DNA from: an uncultured Candidatus Saccharibacteria bacterium
Lineage (GTDB): Bacteria; Patescibacteriota; Saccharimonadia; Saccharimonadales; CAZVRA01
Reading direction: 5' to 3'
DNA length: 64,000 nt
Assembly: GCA_964630055.1 (NCBI GenBank)
Contig: CAZVRA010000002.1
Location: forward strand, 79,021 to 143,020
Every line of letters begins with the position of its first letter. The stretch's first letter is position 1. The notes below the pieces were generated by a model. It was given only the letters and a program-made list of their open reading frames with translations. It did no database searches and had not been told where the DNA came from. Below are positions 44,554 through 55,040 of the stretch, in pieces. Position numbers and translations under genes: made by a program.

Positions 44554-45975
44554 TTATGCAAATTTTTTGAGTCGATCTATGGTCTCGGCCTTTCCGAGTA
44601 ACGCTATAGTCTCGTCCAATTGCGGACTAAACGGCGCCCAAGTAAGGTGTATTCTGATTAAGCCAAACAAAATAGCCGGTTTTTGATTGGTCGATTCCAA
44701 AAGCTCGTTTAGCGCCTGCTGAATATTGGCTGGCGTCCAGTCCGACAGGTCCGCAAACTTAGCCACCGCTTCATTCAATAGCTCTTGTCTTTGGCTGTCG
44801 CCCAGTTTTTTAAGCTGTTTGTTATTGGCAATTAGCTGTAAGTTGGGTGTAGGTTTGGCAAAAAAATAACCAAAACTGCTCAGATCAGATAGCGTCTTGA
44901 GCCGGTCTTGAGCTAGGCCCAAAACTTGCTTTTTGTAGTTTGGATCGGCATCTTTAGCCTCTGCCGGCCAAAATTCTTTGGCCAATTCACCTAGCTCGTC
45001 AAGTGTTAGCCGACGAATAAACTGCCCGTTGACCCAAAGCAAGCGTTTTTCGTCAAAGCGGGCACCTGATTTTTGCACTCGGTTCAAACTAAATTTACTT
45101 ATCAGCTCCGAGCGGCTAAAAAATTCTTGTGTTGTGCCGTCATTCCAGCCGAGGGTGGCAATAAAACTAACCAGTGCATCTGGCAAAAAACCACCGCGGA
45201 CATAATCTAGGACATCTTTGGCGCCGTCACGTTTGCCTAACTTTTTGTTACCCTGCTCGTTCATAATGTGCGGCATAGTAGCCATGACTGGTGGTTTTAA
45301 ACCCAGGGCTTCGTATAGGTTTAGGTAGCCAGGCGTGCTCGATACAAATTCTTGGCCGCGAATTATGTGGCTAATTTGCATTTCGGCATCGTCGACAATA
45401 TGGGCAAAGTTATAGGTTGGATAACCATCTGACTTTATTAATATAAAATCGTCAATAACTTCAGGCCCAGTTTGCAGGTCGCCCATAACTGCATCCTGCC
45501 AGTTATAGCTTTTTGGGTCGGATTTAAAACGAAGCGGCTGGCTGCCATCCCACTTAGGCGGATTGGCTGGCCGGTGTTCGCGGTACAAAAAAGCTCGCTT
45601 ATGGTTTTGGGCTTGCTCACGAAAAGCTTGAACTTCTTGCTGGCTGTATGGATCGGCGTAAGCGCGGCCAGCGTCAATTAATTTTTGAGCCCATTGCCGG
45701 TAAATGTCTAGTCTTTGGGACTGTTTGTATGGCCCAAACGGGCCGCCGGTATCTGGTCCTTCGTCGTAATCTAGACCGAGTATTTTGAGTGATCTGATAA
45801 GGTGCTCGGCCGATCCGGCTACCTCGCGTTTTTGGTCGGTGTCCTCTAGACGCAAAACAAATTGCCCGTTAGCCTGACGGGCAACAAGCCAGGCGAACAG
45901 AGCTGTACGAATACCGCCAACATGCAAAAAACCAGTTGGGCTGGGAGCAAAACGAGTCCGAACAGATGTCTTCAT
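44554..45975 (-). CDS. gltX: glutamyl-tRNA synthetase
   Basis: RFAPSPTGFLHVGGIRTALF (HIGH region) and KLGKRDG (KMSKS-like). Confidence 0.9.
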   Translation of the reverse strand: MKTSVRTRFAPSPTGFLHVGGIRTALFAWLVARQANGQFVLRLEDTDQKREVAGSAEHLIRSLKILGLDYDEGPDTGGPFGPYKQSQRLDIYRQWAQKLIDAGRAYADPYSQQEVQAFREQAQNHKRAFLYREHRPANPPKWDGSQPLRFKSDPKSYNWQDAVMGDLQTGPEVIDDFILIKSDGYPTYNFAHIVDDAEMQISHIIRGQEFVSSTPGYLNLYEALGLKPPVMATMPHIMNEQGNKKLGKRDGAKDVLDYVRGGFLPDALVSFIATLGWNDGTTQEFFSRSELISKFSLNRVQKSGARFDEKRLLWVNGQFIRRLTLDELGELAKEFWPAEAKDADPNYKKQVLGLAQDRLKTLSDLSSFGYFFAKPTPNLQLIANNKQLKKLGDSQRQELLNEAVAKFADLSDWTPANIQQALNELLESTNQKPAILFGLIRIHLTWAPFSPQLDETIALLGKAETIDRLKKFA

Positions 45976-46002
45976 TACAACTATTATAACAGATAAAGAT
46001 AG

Positions 46003-46968
46003 CTATAAACTATTGGCTATATGTACGACTTGCTCGCGACTCAGGTTGCTGTTGCCAATGTCTATGCGGTACTCCATGCCGTCTTTGATCCAGGCGGCGG
46101 CATTGGGCAGGAAGTATATTGTTTTGTTGCCGCTTTGCTGGCTTTCGGTGGATGTATAAGTACCACTGGGTAAGACGCTGTTGGTTACGGCTTGGCTAAG
46201 GCTAAATGAGCGGTCGTCGCTATGAGTGCCAAAACGTATCACGACCTTACCATTAGCAGCTTGTATGGGTCCGTTATGACCAAACCCGCTTGGTACGTAG
46301 CCGGGCATTTTAGCTTCAATTCCAGCGACATGTGACGCACTAGATAACCTCCAGGATTTTAAGCCTGAGTTAGTTAGGTAAGCTCCGACTACGGCCAAAG
46401 TAGCGGCAAGCGCTAAGGCGCGCCCAACGCTTAATTTTGATAATTTCTGGCTGCTTGCGCGTAAGCGTCTTTTTTTGGCAAGCCTTGGCTTGGTGTGACT
46501 ATTGGCTTGGGCCATGGCCTGATAAAAAATTTGCTGACTGCTGGCGGTTTTGGCTCTGCTGGCTACAGTACTTTTGCCGGTCATTGATTCTATTGATGAA
46601 GCTATGGTTTTTGGTCGTTGGGCTACAGTTGCATTCGGACTGTATTTTTTCCCTGCGTAAGAATTACGTAGCTGGCCAAAATGGCTAACTTGTGCCACTT
46701 TGGCGATTTTTTTGGCATTTTCGGCTCTTTGGGCGCTTCGGCTACTCTGTTTTAGCACAATTTTGGGAACAGCAATAACTCGCTGAGTTGGTTTTTGGTG
46801 CTTTGCCCGTCCAACAGTTGGATGAACGACAGGCTTTTTGAGCAATTGACGCATTAGCGTCTGGGAGCGCTGCGTCCTGGTATGCAATTTTTTAGCCGAA
46901 TAACGCTTATTGCCTATACTTTTAGCGTTAGAGCTGTGCTTTAATGCAGTTAATGCAGTTGTTGCCAT
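46003..46968 (-). CDS. hypothetical membrane protein with long basic N-terminal region
   Basis: Lys/Arg/Ser-rich first ~180 aa, one TM (ALALAATLAVVGAYL), ~120-aa C-terminal domain. Confidence 0.4.
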   Translation of the reverse strand: MATTALTALKHSSNAKSIGNKRYSAKKLHTRTQRSQTLMRQLLKKPVVHPTVGRAKHQKPTQRVIAVPKIVLKQSSRSAQRAENAKKIAKVAQVSHFGQLRNSYAGKKYSPNATVAQRPKTIASSIESMTGKSTVASRAKTASSQQIFYQAMAQANSHTKPRLAKKRRLRASSQKLSKLSVGRALALAATLAVVGAYLTNSGLKSWRLSSASHVAGIEAKMPGYVPSGFGHNGPIQAANGKVVIRFGTHSDDRSFSLSQAVTNSVLPSGTYTSTESQQSGNKTIYFLPNAAAWIKDGMEYRIDIGNSNLSREQVVHIANSL

Positions 46969-47100
46969 TGGTTGATTCCTTGGTCTACCTCTTGAGTGTT
47001 TGCGTGTGGCGTATTTCTTGTTACTCTAATTTTCCAAGTCCAAGTAGCTTACGCTTTACTGATAGTAAGTGTACCATATTTGGCCTGAGGGTGTATAATA

Positions 47101-47124
47101 TAGTCACGATTCTAGTCACGATTC
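47101..47124 (+). repeat. perfect tandem 12-bp repeat TAGTCACGATTC x2
   Basis: Read directly. It starts 2 nt after a TATAAT (47094-47099) and ends 22 nt before the PEGA-gene ATG. Confidence 0.85.
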
Positions 47125-47146
47125 CTCAAAAATCTTTTAAAACTTT

Positions 47147-48628
47147 ATGGATTATCTAGACCCTGTCAAAAAACGAAAACACGCCCGGCGTTTGACGCTA
47201 GGCTATGTTTTGTTGGCTGTTGTCATACTAACTTCTTCGTTGATCGTCCTATTTCTAACCTTGGGCTACGACATCAACCGCAAAACTGGCGAAGTAATAC
47301 AAAATGGATTGGTTTTTGTTAGCTCTCATCCAAATGGTGCGCAAGTGCTACTCGATGGCAAGTCGCAAGGTAGCGGCGAGATGCGCTTAACTATTCCGGC
47401 TGGCAAGCACAATTTAGACTTAAGGCTCGATGGCTATCATGGTTGGTCGCGGAGTTTTGATTTGGAGGGCTCAAGCGTAGAGCGCATGTCCTACCCTATA
47501 CTATTCCCCGAAAAATTAGGCATTACCGAGCTGCAAACTTACGCCGCTCCGCCTGCGCTACAGCTGCAAAGCCCAGATCGCAGATGGTTGCTGTTGCAGC
47601 AGTCTGGAACACTGATTTTTGATCAGCTAGATACCAACAACCACATGCAGGCTGTAAAAAATATAGCTTTGCCCGATGGCCTACTGACCACAGCGGCCAA
47701 GCCAGAAGATGATCGCGGCCTAGCCTTGGTAGAGTGGTCTAGCGATAACCGGCATGTGTTATTGGCGCATAACTACGATGGCAAACAAGAGTATATTATT
47801 GTTGACCGCGAGGCGCCGGCCCAAAGTTTTAATGTCAACAAAACTTTTAGCGATGTAGTTTTTTCGCAGGTAACAATGCGCGACAAACGTTTCGATAGTT
47901 TGTACCTTCACGACAAAGTAAGCCAAAACTTGTACAGCGCCGATGTTAAGTCGCGTCAGACAAAAGCTTTACTATCTGGCGTGTTAAGCTACAAAAGCTA
48001 CAAAGCCGATACCATATTGTTTGCAATTAAAGATCCGTCTGACCCGACCAAGATGCTGGTTCAGCTGCGCGAAGCAGAAAAAACATCCGATATATCTAGG
48101 CCTACTATGCAGGAAGGTCTTTTGCTAGATATGGCCGATTATGATGGTCAAAAGTATGTGGCGGTGACCGCTCCCAAAACTGGCCGGATGTATATTTACA
48201 AGAACCCAACTGACCAGCAACGTCAAACACCTTCTGTACGACCTGTTGTGGCCGCCGCACTAAACATTGCCGATGCCACCCAAATGGGCTTTTCGGCCAA
48301 TACGCAATTTGTTATGGCCCGTAGCGGTAATAAATTTGCTGTATACGATTTGTTCAAAAACCGTCGTTACTTTTATGAAATTAAGGACCTGAGCGCCGAA
48401 TCGCCTGTTATCTGGATGGATGGCCACCGATTGAATGGACTGGTGGGCGGTAAGCTGTCGGTTTGGGACTACGATGGTATTAACCAGCAGATCTTACTAG
48501 ACGTCAATGCTGGTTCACGAGCCTTTTTTGACCGCGACTACAACCGATTATTTACTGTTGGGGTCTCTAGTGCTCAGCCAGGCAAATCCGCACTCCGCTA
48601 CACTAGTCTAAGACTAGACCAAAAATAA
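47147..48628 (+). CDS. PEGA-domain membrane protein
   Basis: N-terminal TM, PEGA-like motif (SHPNGAQVLLDGKSQG...IPAGKHNLDLRLDGY), long beta-rich C-terminus. Confidence 0.6.
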   Translation: MDYLDPVKKRKHARRLTLGYVLLAVVILTSSLIVLFLTLGYDINRKTGEVIQNGLVFVSSHPNGAQVLLDGKSQGSGEMRLTIPAGKHNLDLRLDGYHGWSRSFDLEGSSVERMSYPILFPEKLGITELQTYAAPPALQLQSPDRRWLLLQQSGTLIFDQLDTNNHMQAVKNIALPDGLLTTAAKPEDDRGLALVEWSSDNRHVLLAHNYDGKQEYIIVDREAPAQSFNVNKTFSDVVFSQVTMRDKRFDSLYLHDKVSQNLYSADVKSRQTKALLSGVLSYKSYKADTILFAIKDPSDPTKMLVQLREAEKTSDISRPTMQEGLLLDMADYDGQKYVAVTAPKTGRMYIYKNPTDQQRQTPSVRPVVAAALNIADATQMGFSANTQFVMARSGNKFAVYDLFKNRRYFYEIKDLSAESPVIWMDGHRLNGLVGGKLSVWDYDGINQQILLDVNAGSRAFFDRDYNRLFTVGVSSAQPGKSALRYTSLRLDQK

Positions 48629-48642
48629 TTGACCGCTGACCC

Positions 48643-49917
48643 CTAGCGAAAAATAGAGACGATTCGGCTCCAAAGGCTAGGAGCATTGCTGGGTATGATT
48701 GACGGTTGCTGGTTGCCGTTAGCGCCAGATTTTACAGCTGTACTGGTTTTGTTGACTGCTGGATCGGGGCTAACCTGTTCGCCAATAACCACTAGCCTAT
48801 TAAGAGACGTGCCTGGCGGATCACAGGTAATTAGAGTAGCCGTTGCTGGTTTTTCGGTTTTGTCTAAGACTCCGACTTCCGTTGGTTTAACAATTTTCTT
48901 TTCGTAAACACGGTAGCTATAACGAACCTTGTTTTTGGTTAAGTAAAAAGTATCGCCTGTTTCTAGCTTATTGAGCAGCACGAAGGCAAACTTATATTGA
49001 CCCTTGTTTAATATGTTGTTGCTGGAGTGACCAAAAACCACAGCATTGCCCTGCTCGCCTGGCGACGGAGTTGTTGGGTAGTGCACCACGCCGCGCTCCA
49101 GGCCTTGTTCTATGACCGATTCTTCGATGCTGGGCATGTCGTAAACTGTTGGTATCTCGACATTAATTTTGGGAATTATAACCTTGGGCGTGGCGTCAAC
49201 AGCGGCGGTGCTGTCGGCAATAATTGGTGTAGATGTGACGCTGCGGCTAGGGGTAATAAACGGCGCAATAAATCGTTCGTTAAAAAAGCTAAAAAGCATG
49301 ATTAGCATAACCAAAGATCCTAGCCCAACGCCAAATAATGCCGACTGGAAATGCTCTTTTTTGCTGGCTTTGGTGCGAACTCGTCGCTCGGCTTTATCGA
49401 CCAGCTGTTTTTTGAGCTGGCTAATAGTTTTTCTGTCTTTGGCAGATTTATTGCTTTTGGTAGTATGCGCGGTGTTGTCGGGCTGTTTATAATCTAGGCT
49501 TGGTTCTAATATGACTCGTGGCTGGTCCTTCTTGGGCTGCGGAATAATCAAGTTTGGGTTGGCACTAACCTCGGAACTGCTGACTAAACTACCGGTGTTT
49601 TTTTGATTAGCATAGAATTCTTGCCATACCTGGTGTTTTTCGGTGTCGTTAAGGTCTTGGTAGTATTTATGCCAGGCCGCTTGTATCTCGGCCAAAGACA
49701 TGCCGGCGTCAGTTAGTTGCTGCATGTAGGCCTGGTGTTTTGATGCTGGCTGCGAAATTTGCTGGCCCGAAAATTGACCAGTCGCTCTAGGTTCGGGCTT
49801 GTTGGTGTCTGCCGGGCGGTCTATTTGCTCATAAATAGCCGAAATTTTTTGGCGCACCAAATCAGCTGCGGCGCTGGCACCAGTATCTGTAGTCGGTTCT
49901 TCACTGTTATTGGCCAT
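48643..49917 (-). CDS. sortase-family transpeptidase with long N-terminal extension
   Basis: Catalytic TLITCDP and upstream VVFGHSS. TM at about residues 190-215. Confidence 0.7.
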   Translation of the reverse strand: MANNSEEPTTDTGASAAADLVRQKISAIYEQIDRPADTNKPEPRATGQFSGQQISQPASKHQAYMQQLTDAGMSLAEIQAAWHKYYQDLNDTEKHQVWQEFYANQKNTGSLVSSSEVSANPNLIIPQPKKDQPRVILEPSLDYKQPDNTAHTTKSNKSAKDRKTISQLKKQLVDKAERRVRTKASKKEHFQSALFGVGLGSLVMLIMLFSFFNERFIAPFITPSRSVTSTPIIADSTAAVDATPKVIIPKINVEIPTVYDMPSIEESVIEQGLERGVVHYPTTPSPGEQGNAVVFGHSSNNILNKGQYKFAFVLLNKLETGDTFYLTKNKVRYSYRVYEKKIVKPTEVGVLDKTEKPATATLITCDPPGTSLNRLVVIGEQVSPDPAVNKTSTAVKSGANGNQQPSIIPSNAPSLWSRIVSIFR

Positions 49918-50083
49918 AATTCTAATGTATTTAGTATAGCACTTTTAGGTTTGCCCAGTGCCGACGACTTTACAGGCCGGTGTCCCTGGGCAGATTAACC
50001 TGTTGGTGATATAATAATCAAGTTCCAAAAGCACTTTTTGGCTTGATTAGATGCCTCGAGTCCTGTCAGAGTGCGAGCTCCGT

Positions 50084-50168
50084 GCCGGAGTGGCGGAATT
50101 GGTATACGCGCGCGACTCAAAATCGCGTGCCTCACGGCTTGAGGGTTCGAGTCCCTCCTCCGGCACCA
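50084..50168 (+). tRNA. tRNA-Leu (CAA)
   Basis: Acceptor GCCGGAG/CTCCGGC, anticodon loop CTCAAAA, long variable arm, T-loop GGTTCGAGTCC, encoded CCA. Confidence 0.9.
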
Positions 50169-50169
50169 C

Positions 50170-50205
50170 AATAATAGACCCTGCCGAAAGGTAGGGTCTA
50201 TTATT
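50170..50205. terminator. 13-bp perfect hairpin between tRNA-Leu and convergent ABC permease gene
   Basis: AATAATAGACCCT / AGGGTCTATTATT arms with a 10-nt loop. A/T-rich flanks on both sides allow bidirectional use. Confidence 0.55.
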
Positions 50206-50255
50206 TAATTAACGCACAGCAATACTTAGCGATAATAGATTGCACCAGTTGGCCG

Positions 50256-52211
50256 CTAGCGCTCATCGCGCATGTCGCGGATTGGATTGCGTTTTAGGTT
50301 GCTCAGCAGCGGAACCACAGAACTCAAACAAGCTCCGGCCAAAATTAGACCAACCAGAGTCAGCAGCTGACGGAAATTAACCCCAATCAGGCTAAACTTG
50401 CGGTCGAGGTTGGTCGCGTTAAACACTATTAGTGATTCGATCGTCATGTCTGCGGCAAGCTTCGACTGTGCCCAAGTCGCCAGCAACCAGCCAACCCCAA
50501 AGGCAAAGACCACCACGATCAGCCCCAGCATCACTGCATACAGCAGATAAATCTGGGCAATATCCAGTCGCTTGGCGCCAATCGCCCTAAACACCGCCGT
50601 CTCGCGGCGGCTATCAGCAATCACCTTGCCAATTGTACCCATCATAATGATTATCGAAATCGCCGATACAACCAGACCGGCTTTTTGAAACACATTCGCA
50701 AAAATTGTTTTGGCCTCGTCTATGGCTAGACTATTGCTGCCAAAACTACTAAGCATAAATGGTGTCCCTTTCTTTTGGCAATAACTCGTAACATCGCCTG
50801 TAGGAGGAGAAGAAAAATCTAGCTTGCAGCTTTTTTCGTCAGTAAATTTTTTGGCTTCGGCCGGACTGTTAAATTCTAAAAGTACATTTGACGAAAAGTC
50901 GACGACCTTACCGATATCTTCAAACGTAGTTTTGTATTCGGGCAAGCTGCCGGCAGATTCTAGCGGCACAAACCAGCCTGAGCCCAAATTAGAAGTCAAC
51001 AGAGAAGTCACGATAGATTTGACCGTCGCTCCGCCAAGTTCAGGCGGGTCAGGCACAATACCGACAATCCTAAAGCTGACTAACCTCTGGGTTGGGGCCA
51101 ATTTGCCAAACTTGGCGTCGAATGCGTCTTGTTTGTCGGCTAGTTTTTTGGCTTCGGCCGATCTGACATCCCTGGTGACTTTGACATCTTCGCAAGGTTT
51201 GTCAGACTTGGCGTACACCAGTTCGGGCATAACATAATCTTTGGTTGTTTTGCCCTGAGCAATAGCTGCCGCTTGCTGCTCGGCCTCGTCTTGTCGGCTT
51301 GTAGAAGCCGCATTTCGTACGCAAACTTGGAACTTCAGACCGGCGGCATTGGCACGAACCTGCTTGACCCTGTCCAACCTCGACGCCGCACTGCTGTTTG
51401 CCGGTAGCGGCGCATAACCCAGCGCTTCCTCGGCGGCGCTAAAGGGCGCAATCACCGCCACAGAACCATCAGACCCAACATCCAATGTCTGATTTGGCAG
51501 CAAAAAGGTACTAAGCAAGCCCGACTCTGCCGTCGACACATTCCGAGAAAAGTTTGCTAAACCTTTGGCCATATTATTGACCGAATTATTGACTGAGTTT
51601 TTGGAACTTTGGGCTTCTTTGCCGTCTTTAATAATATTTATGGTCGTCGTAGGGTTAGACGATTCTTGCATCGGTAACCCTGGGACAGTCAGATTAGTAA
51701 GGTTATAGCGCGCTTTAACGTTATAACTTTTTGCCGTCTGGTCTATTGACTGATAAAACCCCTTGGCCATTTCGATTCTTTTGGCTCTAAAGATTGCTGC
51801 AGTTTGAGCCGTCACAGACGCCATCGGTTTGCCGTCTTGGTCGTTGTTGCCTTCTTTGACAGATAGTTGTTCTGACTTTGCGTCATATTCGATGCCGAGT
51901 TTTTTGGCCTCGGCAGTTTTGGCGGCGATCCAATCTTTGTCCGCTTGTTTGGCTTGTGCAATAAATCCAGGATCAGAAGTAATTTTTATAGCGTCAGGCA
52001 TCCCGGCATTTTCTATTTTGGTAATGTAGCGTTTACTGAGGCCATCACTACTGAAACGATCGATGCTGTCCATCATACCATTAAACACGAGCGAAATAAA
52101 TGTCATGCCGACAAATAAAAGTCCGGCTACTACCACCGTAATCGCCAGCCGAGTTCGGCGACTTTTGAGCTTGGTCGTTGCCAGCAGTAGCGAATCGGTA
52201 ATTCTAATCAT
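50256..52211 (-). CDS. MacB/FtsX-type ABC permease with enlarged (~470-aa) extracytoplasmic domain
   Basis: N-terminal TM, long soluble domain, C-terminal FtsX-like 3-TM bundle. 4-nt overlap with the upstream ATPase gene. Confidence 0.7.
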   Translation of the reverse strand: MIRITDSLLLATTKLKSRRTRLAITVVVAGLLFVGMTFISLVFNGMMDSIDRFSSDGLSKRYITKIENAGMPDAIKITSDPGFIAQAKQADKDWIAAKTAEAKKLGIEYDAKSEQLSVKEGNNDQDGKPMASVTAQTAAIFRAKRIEMAKGFYQSIDQTAKSYNVKARYNLTNLTVPGLPMQESSNPTTTINIIKDGKEAQSSKNSVNNSVNNMAKGLANFSRNVSTAESGLLSTFLLPNQTLDVGSDGSVAVIAPFSAAEEALGYAPLPANSSAASRLDRVKQVRANAAGLKFQVCVRNAASTSRQDEAEQQAAAIAQGKTTKDYVMPELVYAKSDKPCEDVKVTRDVRSAEAKKLADKQDAFDAKFGKLAPTQRLVSFRIVGIVPDPPELGGATVKSIVTSLLTSNLGSGWFVPLESAGSLPEYKTTFEDIGKVVDFSSNVLLEFNSPAEAKKFTDEKSCKLDFSSPPTGDVTSYCQKKGTPFMLSSFGSNSLAIDEAKTIFANVFQKAGLVVSAISIIIMMGTIGKVIADSRRETAVFRAIGAKRLDIAQIYLLYAVMLGLIVVVFAFGVGWLLATWAQSKLAADMTIESLIVFNATNLDRKFSLIGVNFRQLLTLVGLILAGACLSSVVPLLSNLKRNPIRDMRDER

Positions 52212-53014
52212 ACGATCTTGCCATCCTCTAGTTTTATAGTGCGATCGGCGCGAGCCGCCAGCTCTGGATCATGAGTCACCACGATAATAGTCGTGCCGAA
52301 CTCATTCCGAACACTGTCCAGCAAATCAACGATCGCAAAGGCGTTTTTGCGATCAAGATTGCCGGTTGGTTCGTCGGCCAAGATGATTTTGGGGTTGTTT
52401 AGCAGCGCCCTAGCAATTGCCGCCCGTTGCATCTGACCACCCGAAAGCTCATTCGGTAGATGCTTCAGCCTATCGCTTAAGTCGACTCTTGCTGCCAATT
52501 CGGTGGCTTTTTGCCGGCGCAGTGCTGGTTTGGTTCGGGCAAATATACCCGGTACTTCCAGATTGCGCTTGAGGCTCAAAAATGGCTGCAAATAAAAAAA
52601 CTGAAACACAAACCCAACCGTCTGGCCACGAAACACTGCCAGGTTGCTATCAGACAGCTTGCTGATATTTTTGCCACCAACCACCACATTACCACTGGTC
52701 GGTTTGTCTAGACCACCAATAGATTGCAGCAGCGTACTCTTGCCGGAACCGCTTGGACCAGTCAGCGCTACAAACTCGCCTTGACGGACTTGCAACGAAA
52801 CCCCATTTAGCGCCGCGATGTTTTGTCGCCCAACCTTGTAGCTTTTGTACAGATCGGCAACCTCAACCAAAACGTCGCCGTATTGACGCTGCGGCTTTGG
52901 GACGCTTCTGCGCATGCGCTGCAGCTCCGCCAGCACCTGATTGATATTGTTCAGATCGCCAGCATACTTGCTCAACACTTGCTCTTCTATAGACTGTTCG
53001 GACAGATTAACCAT
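52208..53014 (-). CDS. ABC transporter ATP-binding protein (MacB/LolD-like)
   Basis: Walker [10 protein letters not shown], signature LSGGQMQR, Walker B ILADEPTG. Confidence 0.9.
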   Translation of the reverse strand: MVNLSEQSIEEQVLSKYAGDLNNINQVLAELQRMRRSVPKPQRQYGDVLVEVADLYKSYKVGRQNIAALNGVSLQVRQGEFVALTGPSGSGKSTLLQSIGGLDKPTSGNVVVGGKNISKLSDSNLAVFRGQTVGFVFQFFYLQPFLSLKRNLEVPGIFARTKPALRRQKATELAARVDLSDRLKHLPNELSGGQMQRAAIARALLNNPKIILADEPTGNLDRKNAFAIVDLLDSVRNEFGTTIIVVTHDPELAARADRTIKLEDGKIV

Positions 53015-53098
53015 TAGCTTTAATATACCTCAGGAGCCTATGCTGGCACAAAATTTTTATCCGAACAGTAACCAAATTTGCAATGCTAAAAAATCAAA

Positions 53099-54175
53099 TT
53101 AGGCAATTGCTGCCCAAAATTTGTCTGTTCTTTGATCGAGTTCGGTGCTTATGGCTAAATTGCTGGGTGATGTTTCTCGGCCGGTTGCTTGAGTCGGATC
53201 ATTGTTGGTGGCGGCCGCGTTGTAGCTTTCTATGAGGCACAAATCAATTATGGCGCTAGAAGGTGGCTGAGTCGAATTTCTGTGGTCATGTTTTTCGAAT
53301 ATATCGCCGTTTAAAAGGACGACTTTTATGTCGCTAGCGTATCGTTCGCGACCACTGCTTTTGCGAGCCGCTTTGACCTGAATTTTTGTGACTAAATTTG
53401 GTGCTACTGGCCGGTTGCTTGGCCCCATTTGCTCCAGGAGCGATATATCCCAGCTTTGATTACGGCTATTGCTTTTTGCAGACGGTCTATCTTGTCGCGG
53501 CAAGCTGGGTACAGGCAGTAAGTTTCTTGGCCGGCCGGCCCCGGCCAAACTGGACTGATCAGGGCTGAATCGTAGTTGATGCCGCATGGCAAGCATAATC
53601 AGCGATAGCTCGGCATTTAGACCAATCATAGCGTTAAATTCAGGGCCCAATTCGGGTCGCTTGCTAGGTATGACCTGGGTTGTTCGCTCCAGTGCGCTTT
53701 GCCCGATATTTAATAATGATCGGTAGATGCTGCTTTGCTCATGGCGATTGGGAAATTTTTTATCGATAATTACGCTGGCATAAATTGGTAGCATGGCTAG
53801 GCCTATTTGGCTGCGCAAACTCTGACTGGTAGGACCAAATATTTCTCCCAAATGCTCGGCTTTCTGCCATTTGTCTTGAGCTTTGGCTAGCCAGTCTTGA
53901 ACAGTTAGGGGGTTGTTGTGCTCGACAGCCGCCTCCAAAGCTACAGCGCCCGCCAGATATCGCCCGGTTGGGCTAGATATTTTGTCAAGCCTACTATATA
54001 TGTTGTCGGACACTTGCTCGTCGAAGTTGGCTGGGTCTAAATTGGCGTAATCAATAATTAGTTTGATTGCTCCTTGATGATCACGACTAGATAGCAGATT
54101 TCTATAAGGCTCTGGAGCAGTATCTTTGAGGTGCTTAGGCCTGTCAAAAGGCACAGCATTTTGTTCTGACATCAC
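53099..54175 (-). CDS. hypothetical protein
   Basis: 358-aa ORF with a coding-like profile. No motif recognised. Confidence 0.4.
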   Translation of the reverse strand: MMSEQNAVPFDRPKHLKDTAPEPYRNLLSSRDHQGAIKLIIDYANLDPANFDEQVSDNIYSRLDKISSPTGRYLAGAVALEAAVEHNNPLTVQDWLAKAQDKWQKAEHLGEIFGPTSQSLRSQIGLAMLPIYASVIIDKKFPNRHEQSSIYRSLLNIGQSALERTTQVIPSKRPELGPEFNAMIGLNAELSLIMLAMRHQLRFSPDQSSLAGAGRPRNLLPVPSLPRQDRPSAKSNSRNQSWDISLLEQMGPSNRPVAPNLVTKIQVKAARKSSGRERYASDIKVVLLNGDIFEKHDHRNSTQPPSSAIIDLCLIESYNAAATNNDPTQATGRETSPSNLAISTELDQRTDKFWAAIA

Positions 54176-54216
54176 AGTATAATACCAGAAAAGTGAGTAA
54201 AAAGCAAGTACAAGTG

Positions 54217-55032
54217 TTATTGCATTGTGGGATTAATCAGACTAGTTGTAAGGGCTGCAAAAATATTGTTTGGGTTTTGCATTTGCCACACAGCTGCCTT
54301 GGCTGCTAGCTCTGGACCAATTGTGGCATCAATTTTAGTGGTGCTAATTTGGCCGCCGTGGGCAACCACTAGGCTATTTTGATGCTCGGCAACAATACTA
54401 ATGGGGTGCTGGGTGGTTAGGTTATGTAGCGCTTTGACCAAAGTCAATAAGTCGGTAGACGAGGTAATGGCAGTTGTTAATTTGGCGGCAGTGGCCAGTT
54501 TTTGTAACTGATTTTGGGTGGCAACTACGGTAATGCCATTTGGTTTTAAGTTCGGTGCTGGGGTGGCTAGTAGGTAGTCTAGGGCGTCGCCAGATAGTAT
54601 TGTTGGCTGCGCAGTTTTTTGCAAAAAAGATTCCAAAACTATGGCGGTCTCGCTGTTGCGACCCAGATCGCCTGGCAAAAGTACGGCATCGGCCCAAGCT
54701 GCCTGATGCAGCCATTCGTCCAGAGCGCGTCGAGCAAAACTGCCGCTGGGAGTGCTCGGAGCAAAATCGGCGGTTTGCAGGGCAGCTTTGATTGACCTTG
54801 GCAAGGCGTCTGGCAACAGTACTCGCACGCTGCCGGCTCCCGCCTGGGTGGCGGCGTTGTAGCTTTTGGCGGTGTCGGCAAACCCTTGGGCATGGCCGCC
54901 AATAATTAGCAGCTTGCCGGCTTGGGTCCGGGTTTCGGGCCTGCTCCATAGCAGATCTGGAAAAAGCGGTTGGCTTCCCTGTTTGTGCCAGAAGTTTAGA
55001 GCACTATCATGGGCATTTTGAGTACTTTGCAT
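54217..55032 (-). CDS. YjeF C-terminal-like carbohydrate-kinase-fold protein (possible NAD(P)HX dehydratase)
   Basis: AGKLLIIGGHAQGFADTAKSYNAATQAGAGSVRVLLP resembles the YjeF_C N-terminal pattern. The C-terminal GD motif is not clear. Confidence 0.45.
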   Translation of the reverse strand: MQSTQNAHDSALNFWHKQGSQPLFPDLLWSRPETRTQAGKLLIIGGHAQGFADTAKSYNAATQAGAGSVRVLLPDALPRSIKAALQTADFAPSTPSGSFARRALDEWLHQAAWADAVLLPGDLGRNSETAIVLESFLQKTAQPTILSGDALDYLLATPAPNLKPNGITVVATQNQLQKLATAAKLTTAITSSTDLLTLVKALHNLTTQHPISIVAEHQNSLVVAHGGQISTTKIDATIGPELAAKAAVWQMQNPNNIFAALTTSLINPTMQ

Positions 55033-55040
55033 AAGCCATT

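Noticed and set aside
54422-54949. 175-aa and 87-aa alternative-frame ORFs inside the YjeF_C-like gene.
   Set aside because: They share strand and region with a better-supported frame. Their Arg/Pro/Ser-rich composition is typical of an off-frame translation.
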